Assembly (NCBI GenBank): GCA_965203055.1 | Contig: OZ241863.1 | Coordinates: 2,912,001 to 2,976,000, forward strand | DNA: 64,000 bases | Direction of reading: 5' to 3' | Source of the DNA: Spirochaetia bacterium | GTDB taxonomy: Bacteria > Spirochaetota > Spirochaetia > SZUA-6 > Bin103 | Shown here: positions 39,869 through 50,044 of the stretch, one piece after another | Position numbering within the stretch: the first letter of the stretch is position 1 | Layout: each line of letters begins with the position of its first letter | Translations under genes and position numbers: made by a program | Notes under the pieces: model-generated | What the model saw: only the letters and a program-made list of their open reading frames with translations | Told to the model about the DNA's origin: nothing | The model's database searches: none

Positions 39869-40828
39869 TCAGGCGCGGGCCACCTCGAAGGCGGCGATGG
39901 TGCGCGTCTCGCGGCTGAACTCCACTCCGAGCAGGTGGGTCGGTTCGCCCAGCGCGCGGTACTTCTCCGCGTAGCCGCGCGCCCGCAACTGCGCCAGCGC
40001 CGCCCCCTCAGGCGCCAGCTCCACCACCTTGAACTCGAACAGATAGACGTTGCCCCGGTACCGCACCGCCAGGTCGACCCGCCCGCGGCTGCTCGAATCC
40101 TCCACCGTGACCTCCAGCCCCACCGCCGCGAACCAGGAGTAGCAGACGCTCGCGTAGTAGCCCTCGTAGCGCGCGATGTCGTTGCGCGTGTGCCACTCGT
40201 ACGGGATGCCGGCGAAGAACGCCCGGAACAGCCGCTCCAGCCCGGCGAAGTCGTTCGCCGCCAGCAGCCGCTCCAACGCCGTGTCCTGCGCCAGCCGGCG
40301 CGCCGCGGCGGGCGCCAGCGCCCGCAGCAGGCGTTCGTTCAGAGCGAGCCGCACTTCGCGGTTGGGATAGCCGAGCCGGTAGCGCGGGCCGCGCGCCGAG
40401 TGCTCGACGCTGCGGATGGTCAGGTAGCCGGTCTGGAACAGCAGCGCCTCGGGTTCCATCTCGTCCACGTCGAACGCGGACAGCAGGTCGCCGCCGGCCA
40501 GCATGCCGTCCAGCTCCGGCGAGGCGACGCCGCGTTCGATCAGCGTGTCGATCAGAAACGACGGCGTACCGGTCTCGAACCAATGGGCGGCGAACTCCCG
40601 GCGGTCGAACAGCAGCAGAATGTCGAACGGGTTGTAGACCCGATCGTCACCGCGCCAGTTGGTGTCGAGCAGCAGGCTCTTGCCGAAGCGGCGCGGGCGC
40701 GACAGGAAGTAGTGCTTTCCCTTCCGCGTCAGGCGGAGGATGAAGGCGGTCTTGTCGACGTAGTAGCAGTTGTCCTCGCGAAGCCTGCGGAAGGTCTGGA
40801 TGCCGATCGGCAGCTTCCTGCGCGTCAT
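39869..40828 (-). pseudogene. AAA-ATPase/PD-(D/E)XK copy 2 with an in-frame internal deletion
   Basis: KSLLLDT joins directly to NWRGDDRV (junction 40660/40661); the 588 nt at 36577-37164 of copy 1, including Walker B, are missing. Confidence 0.85.
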
Positions 40829-40850
40829 GGCGCGTCTCGATGCGGCGCGG

Positions 40851-41591
40851 TCACGGCAATGAGGTTGCGCTTGCGTCCTCGATCTCCTCGATGATGCGCT
40901 GCGCTGCTTCCTTGGGCCGCTCGGCCCGCAGAACCGGCCTCCCCACCACCAGGTAGTCCGCGCCCTGTCGGATCGCGTCGGTGGGGGTGGTGAATCGCGC
41001 ATGATCGTCCGGCGCGGTCCAGGATGGCCTGATGCCAGGGGATACCAGCGTCGTCGTATCGGGTAAGGCTTGCCGGCACGCGCCGATAGCGGTCCCGGAA
41101 ACCACCAACCCGTCGCAGCCGGCCTCCAGCATCGCGCGTCCGCGCTCGACGATGTAGGCGTCAACCTCACCTGCCGGTTCGCCTTCCGGGGTGGCGATGC
41201 TGGAGAGGAGCGGCACCATGAGGAATTGCGGGAAGCCTGAACCGCGCCTCGCTTCCCGGCCGGCATCCAACGTGTGCCGGGTGAAGGAGGGCTCGGCCGC
41301 TTCCACCAAGGTGACGAACCGAATCCCCAGAGTAGCGGCGCGTTGCACGAAGCTGGTGATGGTATTGCCGATGTCGCCCGCGATCTTGAGGTCGATGAAC
41401 ACCTTGCCGTCATCCCGCTCCTCGTTCAGACGTTCCAGCAGCCCGAACAGGTTTCCCCCAAGGAGCAACTGCAGCCCGATCTTGAAGAACGACACGTTCT
41501 CCAGCTTCCCGACCAGATCGACCGCTTCATCATGGGTCGAAACGTCAAGCGCAACGATGATGCGGTCATTGCTCGCCACCGCGTGCTTCAT
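40851..41591 (-). CDS. pyrF: Orotidine 5'-phosphate decarboxylase family protein
   Basis: IIVALD, FKIG, FIDLKIAGDIGNT, SPGIRP, TP..AI..GADYLVVGRP. Confidence 0.82.
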   Translation of the reverse strand: MKHAVASNDRIIVALDVSTHDEAVDLVGKLENVSFFKIGLQLLLGGNLFGLLERLNEERDDGKVFIDLKIAGDIGNTITSFVQRAATLGIRFVTLVEAAEPSFTRHTLDAGREARRGSGFPQFLMVPLLSSIATPEGEPAGEVDAYIVERGRAMLEAGCDGLVVSGTAIGACRQALPDTTTLVSPGIRPSWTAPDDHARFTTPTDAIRQGADYLVVGRPVLRAERPKEAAQRIIEEIEDASATSLP

Positions 41592-41657
41592 GCCCTGCAG
41601 CGTATCATGCCTGATGGAGACGAGGAAGCAGGTTTCCAGCCCGCTTACGTACTGACG

Positions 41658-44165
41658 TCACTCGCTGACGGCTGACCGCCCGTTCGGCTCAGCGCCGGCC
41701 GGCGCCGCAATCTCCACGCTCCAGAGCTGGCCCTGACCGCTGATGAACTGGCCGGTGTCGAGGCGGGCGATCGCGTACTCCGGCAACGGCACCAGCGCCA
41801 CGCACGCTTCGCCCAGCCGCATCCCGTATTCCCGAAAGTCGAAGCCGACGTTCTCGAAGCCGTAAGGCCGATGTTCCGGCGGCAGGTCCCCCTCGTCCGC
41901 CGGAGTCAGGTGCAGGAAGAACCGCTCCCGCAGGTCCTCCGCGGCGCACGGCTCCTTGTAGTACGCCAGCGCGGTTCCGGCGAGATAGAGGTCGAAGGTC
42001 GCGCGCGCGGCCGGCGCTCCCCAGGCGCCGGAACGAATCTCGGCGCGCGCTTCCGGCGCCACCCCTTCAACCGGCGCTCCCCAGACGCCGGAACGAATCT
42101 CGGCGCGCGCTTGCCGATAGCGCTGCGCGGTTGGTCCGGCCGCGAACTCCACGCTCCAGAGCTGGCGTCCGCCCCGCCGAACGAATTGCCCGGTACGGAT
42201 GCGCGTGAACTCGTAGTCGGGCAGTACCACGACCGCCACGCAGGCGCCGCCGCGCCGCACGCCGCCCTCCCAGAGATAGAAGTCCAGGGTCTCGATGCCC
42301 ATCTCCCGCTGGTAGGCGGGCAGATCGGCGGGGTCCGCCGGGAAGACGTGCAGGAAGAACTTCTCCTGCACGTCCTCCGGCGTGCACCGGTCCCTGACGT
42401 AGGTCAGCGTGGCGCCGTCGAGATACAGATCGAAGTGCGAGCTGGCGGTCGGCTCCCCCGACCGGGTGGCGCGGTCCGCTGCCCGGAAGGCGGCGGCGGC
42501 GGTATCGCCTCTCGGCGAGGGGTCGAGGGTCGCCACCGTGAGGATGGTGTTGTGGTAGATGCGGCGCGCGTATACCACCGGCGAGAGCGGGAATCTGCGG
42601 AAGTGATCGGCGCGGGTATGGCTGGTGATGACGTAGTAGCGATGGTCGGCCACGTCGTGCGCGCGGTCGGTGAAGACGATCCTGCGGCGTTCGGCCGCGG
42701 GGAGAATGCGCAGGTTGTTTCTGACGTGCGCGCGCCTCCAGTCGCTCTGCGCAACGACGTGGATGGCTGCCTGCGGATCGTGGCGGAGCAGATACTCCAG
42801 CCCCTCGCGGTACGCCGAACCCCAGTACTCCATCTCGTACCGGGTGCGCAGGTACTCCGGGGTACGGCGGTCGACCAGGAAGTTGAAGTACGCGATCTGA
42901 TGCGGGTGGATCAGCGCCATCTCGACCGCGGCCGCGGCCACGCCCGCCGCGGCCAGCGCGTAGATGCCGCGCCGCAGCCACCGCCGCCGGTGCGCGGCGG
43001 CCAGCAGCCGGCGCAGGCCGTAGACCGCCAGCAGGCACAGCGGAGCGGCCAGGAAGTACATGTGATGCCAGCCTTTGTAGAGGTTGGCGTTGACCGCGAT
43101 GACGGCCGCGATCGACAGAATCGGACAAGCGACCAGCAGCACCCCGAAGCGCGTGACGGGGGTGTTGCGGAGGGCGGCGCGCGGGCGGGTCAGGCCGCGC
43201 GCGAGCACGGCGCCGATCCCGGCCACGCTCAGCAGCAGCGCCGCCGGCGGCGTGGTGATCGCCATCCAGGTCGGCAGGTAGTGCGGAGGAATCTCCGGCC
43301 AGCGCACCACCGTGCCCTGAAACAGCGTCCGAATGCGGGCCGGGTGTTGCGCCAGCGTGACGACGGCGTCGGCCAGCTCCAGCGGGTTGCGCCAGAGGTA
43401 GGGAGAGACCGCGTACAGGGTCGCCGCCGCAGCCAGCAGGAACGCCCCGCCGGTCGCCAGCACCCGCCGCCGCTCCGCCGGCCCGCCGGCCCGGATCAGG
43501 TCGAGCGCCCGCAGCGCCGGCACCGCCGCGCACAGCAGCAGGCCCATGACGCGCAGGTTGACCAGCACGCCCACGCCCAGCCCGCAGAGCGCGAACGCGC
43601 CGGCGGTGTCGCGGCGGAAGGCGCGCTGCACCAGATAGAGCGCGATCATGAACATCGTCAGGAAGGGGATGTCCTTGGTGTTGAAGAAGGAGTGGGCGTA
43701 CAGGCGGGGCTGCAGCAGGAACAGCAGCAGGGCGAACAGCGCCAAGCGGCGGTCGCGGAACAGGCGGAAGGTCAGCAGCCAGCAGAAGAAGCCGCCGGTG
43801 AGGAAGAACAGGTGGGTCAGCAGGTGGCGGCTGAGGTAGACGGCGCGGCTGTCGGTGAGGCCGAGCAGCCGCTCGACCAGTACCAGCGGCGCTTCGAACG
43901 CGACTCCGTAGTACCGGTTGTGGTCGGTCGGCAGGGCGCCGGCGTCGCCCAGCACGTAGGCGATCGCCGCCTGGCCGTAGCTGCGCTGCGCGGACTCGTC
44001 CATCGACACGCCGTAGTCGTCGAGGAGGGCGGCGCCCACCGCCGCGAACGCGATCAGCGCGATCAGCGCGTCGCGCCAGGGCGGCCGCTGAGGCGCATCC
44101 TGTGGCAGTTGCCGCAGTTGCGGCGGGCGGCTCAGTATGATGGCAGGTCCCCTCGCTTCGACCAT
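41658..44165 (-). CDS. GT-C/PMT-like membrane glycosyltransferase (paralogue 2)
   Basis: Highly similar to 37402-39792; YGVSMDE loop; two C-terminal modules; 42-bp internal duplication (42011-42052 / 42071-42112). Confidence 0.8.
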   Translation of the reverse strand: MVEARGPAIILSRPPQLRQLPQDAPQRPPWRDALIALIAFAAVGAALLDDYGVSMDESAQRSYGQAAIAYVLGDAGALPTDHNRYYGVAFEAPLVLVERLLGLTDSRAVYLSRHLLTHLFFLTGGFFCWLLTFRLFRDRRLALFALLLFLLQPRLYAHSFFNTKDIPFLTMFMIALYLVQRAFRRDTAGAFALCGLGVGVLVNLRVMGLLLCAAVPALRALDLIRAGGPAERRRVLATGGAFLLAAAATLYAVSPYLWRNPLELADAVVTLAQHPARIRTLFQGTVVRWPEIPPHYLPTWMAITTPPAALLLSVAGIGAVLARGLTRPRAALRNTPVTRFGVLLVACPILSIAAVIAVNANLYKGWHHMYFLAAPLCLLAVYGLRRLLAAAHRRRWLRRGIYALAAAGVAAAAVEMALIHPHQIAYFNFLVDRRTPEYLRTRYEMEYWGSAYREGLEYLLRHDPQAAIHVVAQSDWRRAHVRNNLRILPAAERRRIVFTDRAHDVADHRYYVITSHTRADHFRRFPLSPVVYARRIYHNTILTVATLDPSPRGDTAAAAFRAADRATRSGEPTASSHFDLYLDGATLTYVRDRCTPEDVQEKFFLHVFPADPADLPAYQREMGIETLDFYLWEGGVRRGGACVAVVVLPDYEFTRIRTGQFVRRGGRQLWSVEFAAGPTAQRYRQARAEIRSGVWGAPVEGVAPEARAEIRSGAWGAPAARATFDLYLAGTALAYYKEPCAAEDLRERFFLHLTPADEGDLPPEHRPYGFENVGFDFREYGMRLGEACVALVPLPEYAIARLDTGQFISGQGQLWSVEIAAPAGAEPNGRSAVSE

Positions 44166-44265
44166 GATAGCCTGAGCGCCGCGCCGCTATCATCCGCTCA
44201 TCCGCCTGCCTCACGGCCCTGCGCCGCGGCCGGCGCCACCCGAATCATTCGGTTGGCACTTCTCG

Positions 44266-44712
44266 CTAGCGTGGCCCGCGCCTGCCCGTGAGCGGATTGC
44301 GCCAGGGGACGTTCCGCAGGCGAACGAAATCGGTGTCGGCGGTATGGACCGTAGCTCGGTACCTGAGCGCCAACGCGCCGATCTGGGCGTCGGTCGTCAG
44401 ACTGCCGCCGGCGCCGGCAGATTCGAGCAGACCGAACGCAACGTCGATGTCGCCGGAGTCATGTTCCAGCAATGTGGTAGCCGGTACCTCCAGCCAGCTA
44501 CGGACGGTCCCGGCGCACTCCTTCAACGACAGCGGCTCGGCGTAGATGCGCGGACTGGTGGACAACCGAATGAACGCGAAGATCACGACCGGCGCCAAGC
44601 CGACCGCTTCCGAGCCATTCAGACACCGCGCCCACCAGTCCGCCGACTCGCGGTGAAAGGGACTGCTCGAGTCGTAGGCGTAGAGGATGAGATTGACGTC
44701 CGGGACGATCAT
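44266..44712 (-). CDS. vapC: VapC-family PIN-domain toxin
   Basis: PDVNLILYA, F.R..T.PRI, TDAQI.ALA, HTADTDF. Confidence 0.9.
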   Translation of the reverse strand: MIVPDVNLILYAYDSSSPFHRESADWWARCLNGSEAVGLAPVVIFAFIRLSTSPRIYAEPLSLKECAGTVRSWLEVPATTLLEHDSGDIDVAFGLLESAGAGGSLTTDAQIGALALRYRATVHTADTDFVRLRNVPWRNPLTGRRGPR

Positions 44713-44981
44713 CGCTCCGCCGGCATGGCTCGATCGGTGACACGGAGGAAGCGCTCCTCCTCCGCGTCCTGTTCGCGCTCATGCATACGGGCAGGGTCGA
44801 CCCCGGTTCGCAGTCCCATAGGCCGCGCATGCACCCGGAACGCCGGTCGCCGCTCCGAGGCTCGTTTCAATCCGTTGCGAATCGCTTCGTTCAGGGTGAC
44901 CTTGAAGCTGCGCTGCGTGCGGCGCATGTCATCGCGGATCATGCGCTCGGTATCATCATCGAGCGTTACCGTAGTCCTCAT
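44709..44981 (-). CDS. VapB-like (RHH/CopG) antitoxin
   Basis: MRTTVTLDDD...SFK.TLNEAIRNGL; ATGA overlap with vapC. Confidence 0.85.
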   Translation of the reverse strand: MRTTVTLDDDTERMIRDDMRRTQRSFKVTLNEAIRNGLKRASERRPAFRVHARPMGLRTGVDPARMHEREQDAEEERFLRVTDRAMPAER

Positions 44982-44989
44982 CGTAAGAA

Positions 44990-45020
44990 TCATCATGATG
45001 ACAATGGACGGTGCTGTCAA
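44990..45020 (-). promoter_or_regulatory. TA promoter with an overlapping operator palindrome
   Basis: TTGACA-N17-CATGAT on the minus strand; perfect palindrome TCATCATGATGA (44990-45001) over the -10 box. Confidence 0.7.
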
Positions 45021-45049
45021 GAAAGCGCCCCCGGCTGCGGACATGGTTC

Positions 45050-46963
45050 TTACGCGCCGGCCGGCGCCGGGAACTCGACGCTCCAGAGCTCGTCCCCGCT
45101 GAACTGTCCGGTCCTGATGCGGGCGATCGCGTAGTCCGGCAGCGTCACGGACACCAGGCAGGCGCCGTCCCGGAGCACGCCGTGGGTCCAGAACAGGAAA
45201 TCGAGGTTGTCGAATCCCTGATCCCGGCTGCCGGAGGCCAGATCGTCTTCGGCGGCCGGGAAGACGTGCAGAAAGAAGCGCGCCCGGACATCCTCCGGCG
45301 CGCAGGGCGCCTTCGCGTATACCAGCCGCTCCCCTGCCAGATAGAGGTCGAACGCCCCGCCGGCGGCGCGCTGCCGGCCGCGCAGGGTCGCCGCCAGCTC
45401 CTCGAACCTTGCCCGCTCCTTCGCCCGGTAGTAGTCCTGCGCGAACGTCGCGGCATGCGCGTGCGCGGGCGCCGCGGCCGGCGCCCGCAGCATGGTCTCG
45501 CCCATGATCGCCTCGTTGCCGCCGTAGGCCCGGTACCGCGTCGGAAAGCTCGCGCGCGGGGCATGCCAGTGCAGGGTATCGACCCGGAACACTTCGTTGC
45601 CGGCGGCGTCCACCTCCACCACGGAGCGGTTGCCTTCCTGGTCGCCCCGGGTGAAGTTGATCAGGGTATTGCCGTTGCTCAGCCGGTACGCGCTGCCCCG
45701 GCCCGTCAAGTGGATGTCCGGCGTCGGCCGATACTCCCACACCTTCACCGCGGTGCCGGCCGCCTCGTCCAGCCGCAGCTCCAGCGCGCGCGAGTAGGGC
45801 CCGCCCTCGGCGTCGGGCCGCCCCCTGCCGTTGTCGAACAGCAGTACGTTGCCGTTGTCGAGCTGCGCCGCCGTGTGCTGTCCGTAGAACCGGTCGTTCG
45901 GGTCCGGGAACTCGTAATCGCTGTCCGGCCCGTTCAGTTGCCATTCGATCTCCCGCCGGTCGGCGCTGAGCGAAACCACCTGATTGCGATCGCGGAACGA
46001 CAGGACGAGGTTGCCGCGCGGGCCGCTGCTCACCGAGTTGAGGTGCGTCCAACCGAACGGGACTCCGGGTCCGGGGCTGCGCAGGCGCTGCGCCGGGTCG
46101 AGCAGGTCCCAGGCCTCCTTGGAGTCCCATATCTGCTCGATCTGTCCGCTGTTGCGGTCCCAGACGCGCAGATTGTCGATCGTAAACGTGACCGCCGCCG
46201 GCCCGCCGTTCGCCGAGTCGTCGATGACGACGAACTCCCGGCTGGGGTAGATCGCGCGGCCATCGGCGAGCACGGTGACCTCATGGTGCGGAATCCCCGT
46301 TGCGCCGTCCCGCTCCAACCGGTTGACCTCCTCTCCCAATGGGGTGATCTCGACCAAGCCCCTCCCGCGGTCCAGGAAGAGGAAGGTGCCGGCGGGCGTC
46401 TGCGAGATGGCGCTGGGCTGGAACGACCTGGTATCGGGCGCATCGTAGTACCAGACGATTGCGCCCACCTCGTCCCAGAAGAGGAAGTACCCGCGCCGGT
46501 AATCGGACAGGATGAGCGGTTGCGAGCTCCTGCCGCGCACCCGCATCGGAATGGCGGCGAGGCGCAGCGGCAACGGTCCGGTGGTAAACCGGCCGCCCGG
46601 CCCGGCGGCCGCATCGGCGCCGTCGACCGCGGCCTCGTCCGTCACGGAGCCGTCCACCACGAAGATGGTGTAGTCGTAGGTCGTCTCCGGGCGCAGCCGG
46701 ACGAGCGGGATGACGTGCGCCGCGCCCGGCTCGCTCAGCGGCGTGCGGTAGCGGCCGGCCTGCGGGTTGTCGTACTCGACGAACACCCGCGCCGCGCGCG
46801 CCAGCGTTACCCGCACCTCGACGATCAGCGCGTTGCGCTCGCTCACGGACGCGCCGTGCCGCAGGACCGCGGCCGCATCCGCGGACGCCGGCCCCGCGCC
46901 GAGCACGCCGGCCGCGGCCGCCAGACCGAGGATCAAGCTCATGCGGAGCGCCGGATACCTCAC
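45050..46963 (-). CDS. Aryl-sulfate sulfotransferase (ASST) with an N-terminal Ig-like domain and a C-terminal Cys-paired module (paralogue 1)
   Basis: Signal peptide; LRPETTY; PHHE, WTHLNSV, SFR, FYGQHTA, LLFDNG, LSNGNTLI; GTG start overlaps the upstream stop. Confidence 0.82.
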   Translation of the reverse strand: MRYPALRMSLILGLAAAAGVLGAGPASADAAAVLRHGASVSERNALIVEVRVTLARAARVFVEYDNPQAGRYRTPLSEPGAAHVIPLVRLRPETTYDYTIFVVDGSVTDEAAVDGADAAAGPGGRFTTGPLPLRLAAIPMRVRGRSSQPLILSDYRRGYFLFWDEVGAIVWYYDAPDTRSFQPSAISQTPAGTFLFLDRGRGLVEITPLGEEVNRLERDGATGIPHHEVTVLADGRAIYPSREFVVIDDSANGGPAAVTFTIDNLRVWDRNSGQIEQIWDSKEAWDLLDPAQRLRSPGPGVPFGWTHLNSVSSGPRGNLVLSFRDRNQVVSLSADRREIEWQLNGPDSDYEFPDPNDRFYGQHTAAQLDNGNVLLFDNGRGRPDAEGGPYSRALELRLDEAAGTAVKVWEYRPTPDIHLTGRGSAYRLSNGNTLINFTRGDQEGNRSVVEVDAAGNEVFRVDTLHWHAPRASFPTRYRAYGGNEAIMGETMLRAPAAAPAHAHAATFAQDYYRAKERARFEELAATLRGRQRAAGGAFDLYLAGERLVYAKAPCAPEDVRARFFLHVFPAAEDDLASGSRDQGFDNLDFLFWTHGVLRDGACLVSVTLPDYAIARIRTGQFSGDELWSVEFPAPAGA

Positions 46964-48942
46964 GGCTGCCGCGCCGCGCCCGGCCGCGCAATCTCCGCAC
47001 TCCAGAGTTCGCCCTCCCCGCTGATGAACTGGCCTGTGCGGAGGCGGGCGATCTCGTACTCGGGGAGCGTCACGGCCGCCAGACACGCGCCTTCCCACAG
47101 CGTTCCCCGGTCCGGGAACGAGAAATCGAGATTTTCGAATCCCTGCTCCCGGCTGCCGGAGGCAAGATCGCCATCGGAGGCCAAATCGCCATCGGCCGGG
47201 AAGACGTGCAGGAAGAACTGCGCCCGGAAATCGGCCCGCGCGCAAGGCTCCTTCGCGTACACCAGCCGGTCCCCGGCCAGATACAGGTCGAACACCCCGC
47301 CGGCGGCGCGCCGCCGGCCGTCCAGGGCGGCCTCCAGTTCGCGGAACCCGGCCAGCTCCTGCGCCAGGTAGTAATCGTCATCGAACGGCTCGGGCGCCGC
47401 CGCCGGCGGGCGCAGCATGGTCTCGCCCATGATCGACTCGATGCCGCCGTAGGCCCGGTACCGCCGCGGGTAGCGCGGGCGCAATTCATACCACTGCCGG
47501 GTATCGACCCGGAACACTTCGTTGCCGGCCGCGTCCACCTCGACGACGGTCAGCGGCAGGGTGTCGAGCGCCCTGGTGGCGGTTCTCACGCCGAAGTTGA
47601 TCAGCGTGTTGCCGTTGCTCAGCCGGTAGGCGCTGCTCTGGCTCGCCGAGTAGATGTCCGGCGTCGGCCGGTATTCCCACACCTTCACCGCGGTGCCGGC
47701 CGCCTCGTCAAGCCGCAGTTCCAGCGCGCGCGAGTAGGCGCCGCCTTCGGCGCCGGGCCGCCCGGAGCCGTTGTCGAACAGCAATACGTTGCCGTTGTCG
47801 AGCTGCGCCGCGGTGTGCTGCCGGTAGAACCGGTCGTTCGGGCTCGGAAACTCGTAGTCGCTGTCCGGCCCGTGCAGTTGCCATTCGATCGCCCGCAGGT
47901 CGGCGCTGAGCGAGACGACCTGACTGCGCGCGCGGGACGAGATGATGAGGTTGCCGCGCGGACCGATGCTCACCGAGTTGAGGTGTATCCAATTGGTAAC
48001 GTCGCCGTTCGGGTCCGGCACGCGCTGGGCCGGGTCCCGAATGTCCCATGCCTCCCGTGGGTCCCAGACCTGTTCGATGCGTCCGCTCGCGCGGTCCCAG
48101 ACGCGCAGCGTGTCGATTCCGAAGGTAACTTCCGCCGGCCCGCCGTTCGCCGAGTCGTCGATGACGACGAACTCCCGGCTCGGGTAGATCACGCGGCCAT
48201 CGGCGAGCAGGGTGACCTCGTGGTGCGGAATCCCCGCGGCGCCGCCCTGCTCGATCCGGGTGACGATCTCACCCAAGGGGGTGATCTCGGTAATCCGCTC
48301 GCGGTCCAGGTAGAGGAAGTTGCCGTCCGGCAACTGAGTGATGGGGCTGAGATGAAACTTCTCGATGGTACCGTAGTACCAGACGGTTCCGCCCAGTTCA
48401 TCCCAGAATACGAAGTACCAGCGGCCGTCGCCGCGCCGGTAATCGGACAGGATGAGCGGCTGCGAGCTTCTGCCGCGCACCTGCATCGCCATGGCGGCGA
48501 GGCGCCGCGGCAGCGGGCCGGTGGTGAACCGGCCGCCCGCCTCGGGCGTGGCATCCGCACCGACCGCCGCGGCGCCGTTCGCCGCGGAGCCCTCCGCCGC
48601 GAAGCCCTCCGCCACGAAGATGGTGTAGTCGTAGGTCGTCTCCGGGCGCAGCCGGACGAGCGGGATGGCGTGCGCTGCGCCCGGTTCGCTCAGCGGCGTG
48701 CGGTACCGCCCGGCCTGCGGGTTGTCGTACTCGACGAACACCCGCGCCGCGCGCGCCAGCGCTACCCGCACCTCGACGATCAGCGCGTTGCGCTCACTGA
48801 CCGACGCGCTGTGGCGCAGGACCGCGGGCGGTGCCGGCGGGGCCGCCGGCCGCGGGGAGGGCGCGGCGCCGAGCATGCCGGACGGCGCGGCCGCCAGACC
48901 GAGGACCAAGCTCATGCGGAGCGCCGTCGAGAGATGCCGCAT
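46960..48942 (-). CDS. Aryl-sulfate sulfotransferase (paralogue 2)
   Basis: Same architecture; WIHLNSV, SSR, FYRQHTA. Confidence 0.82.
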   Translation of the reverse strand: MRHLSTALRMSLVLGLAAAPSGMLGAAPSPRPAAPPAPPAVLRHSASVSERNALIVEVRVALARAARVFVEYDNPQAGRYRTPLSEPGAAHAIPLVRLRPETTYDYTIFVAEGFAAEGSAANGAAAVGADATPEAGGRFTTGPLPRRLAAMAMQVRGRSSQPLILSDYRRGDGRWYFVFWDELGGTVWYYGTIEKFHLSPITQLPDGNFLYLDRERITEITPLGEIVTRIEQGGAAGIPHHEVTLLADGRVIYPSREFVVIDDSANGGPAEVTFGIDTLRVWDRASGRIEQVWDPREAWDIRDPAQRVPDPNGDVTNWIHLNSVSIGPRGNLIISSRARSQVVSLSADLRAIEWQLHGPDSDYEFPSPNDRFYRQHTAAQLDNGNVLLFDNGSGRPGAEGGAYSRALELRLDEAAGTAVKVWEYRPTPDIYSASQSSAYRLSNGNTLINFGVRTATRALDTLPLTVVEVDAAGNEVFRVDTRQWYELRPRYPRRYRAYGGIESIMGETMLRPPAAAPEPFDDDYYLAQELAGFRELEAALDGRRRAAGGVFDLYLAGDRLVYAKEPCARADFRAQFFLHVFPADGDLASDGDLASGSREQGFENLDFSFPDRGTLWEGACLAAVTLPEYEIARLRTGQFISGEGELWSAEIARPGAARQP

Positions 48943-48972
48943 TGCCTCCCAGGAGATACCGGCCCCGCCGGG

Positions 48973-49953
48973 TCACGTCCGGCGGGCGGTGTTGCCTGCT
49001 ACCCGGTCGAGGAGCTCGGCTCCGGTCGCGCACTCGATGATCCAGATGCCGGCCTGCGCCAAGCGGTCAGGATCGGCGGTCTGCTCCAGCAGCACCGCCA
49101 GCCGTTGCGCCGTGTCGTCGTCGAACTTCCGCGCCGCCATCCGGCACAGCCGCGCGCGCTCCTCCGCCCGCCCCTGCTCCAGGCCGCGCTCGAATCCCCG
49201 GCGCCGTTGCGACCGCAGCAGCGGATCGTGATCCGGTCCGGTGCCCTCCCGCTCGCCGAGCACCGTCCCCACCCGCTCCAGCACCGCACTGGTCTGCGCC
49301 GACAGCATCGGTTCGTTCAACGCCGCGTGGATCTCCTCCGCCTTCCACCCCGGAAACGCCCGGCTCTCCGGCGCCGCCCGGTACGCGCCATCTTTCAGCA
49401 CGTGGATCGTCAGCCCCGGACGCCGGCTTCGCGGGCGGCTCGGCGCGGCCTCGTCCGGCACCTCCACCCATACCTCCGGGAACCCCCACGACTCGTACAA
49501 CCCCAGCTTGCCGCGCCGCACGTCGGTGGTGTGGTCCACCTCCAGCACCACGTCGGGATAGTCATCCACGCCGATCACCATCGCCGACGGCCCCGGCAGC
49601 CGGGCGCTGCCCGGATGCAGGTACACCGACTCGTCGGCCTGCATGATGCTGCGCGGCCCGTCGTGCTGCCGCAGGTCCATCGAGCCATAGCTTTCGATCG
49701 GCGCGCCGCGCACCTGCGCGATCCGCTCGGTGAACCGGGTCAGGCGGCCGGACGGCCGTTCGTGGTAGGGGCTGGCCGGTTCGCAGATCCAGGCGGTTTG
49801 GGTAGCGCCGTCCCAATACTCCAACCGCTGGTCGCTGCGTTCGAGCTCGTCTGCCGGCAGATGGACCGGCGTGCAGCCGGGGAACTCCGGCGCCGCCGGC
49901 GCGGCAGCCGTGTCGGGACGGGGTGGCCCGACGGCGGTCTTGGAAACAGCCAT
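48973..49953 (-). CDS. Uma2-family restriction-endonuclease-like protein
   Basis: MQADESVY, PDVVLEVDHT, KLGLYESWGFPEVW; ATG 49953. Confidence 0.8.
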   Translation of the reverse strand: MAVSKTAVGPPRPDTAAAPAAPEFPGCTPVHLPADELERSDQRLEYWDGATQTAWICEPASPYHERPSGRLTRFTERIAQVRGAPIESYGSMDLRQHDGPRSIMQADESVYLHPGSARLPGPSAMVIGVDDYPDVVLEVDHTTDVRRGKLGLYESWGFPEVWVEVPDEAAPSRPRSRRPGLTIHVLKDGAYRAAPESRAFPGWKAEEIHAALNEPMLSAQTSAVLERVGTVLGEREGTGPDHDPLLRSQRRRGFERGLEQGRAEERARLCRMAARKFDDDTAQRLAVLLEQTADPDRLAQAGIWIIECATGAELLDRVAGNTARRT

Positions 49954-50044
49954 GGCGCGCCCAGGGTACGCGGGCCGCTCCGGTCGCGCAACTGCGTGAG
50001 CTGGCCCTGCCCGCTGATGAACTGGCCGGTGCGGGGGCGGGGCG

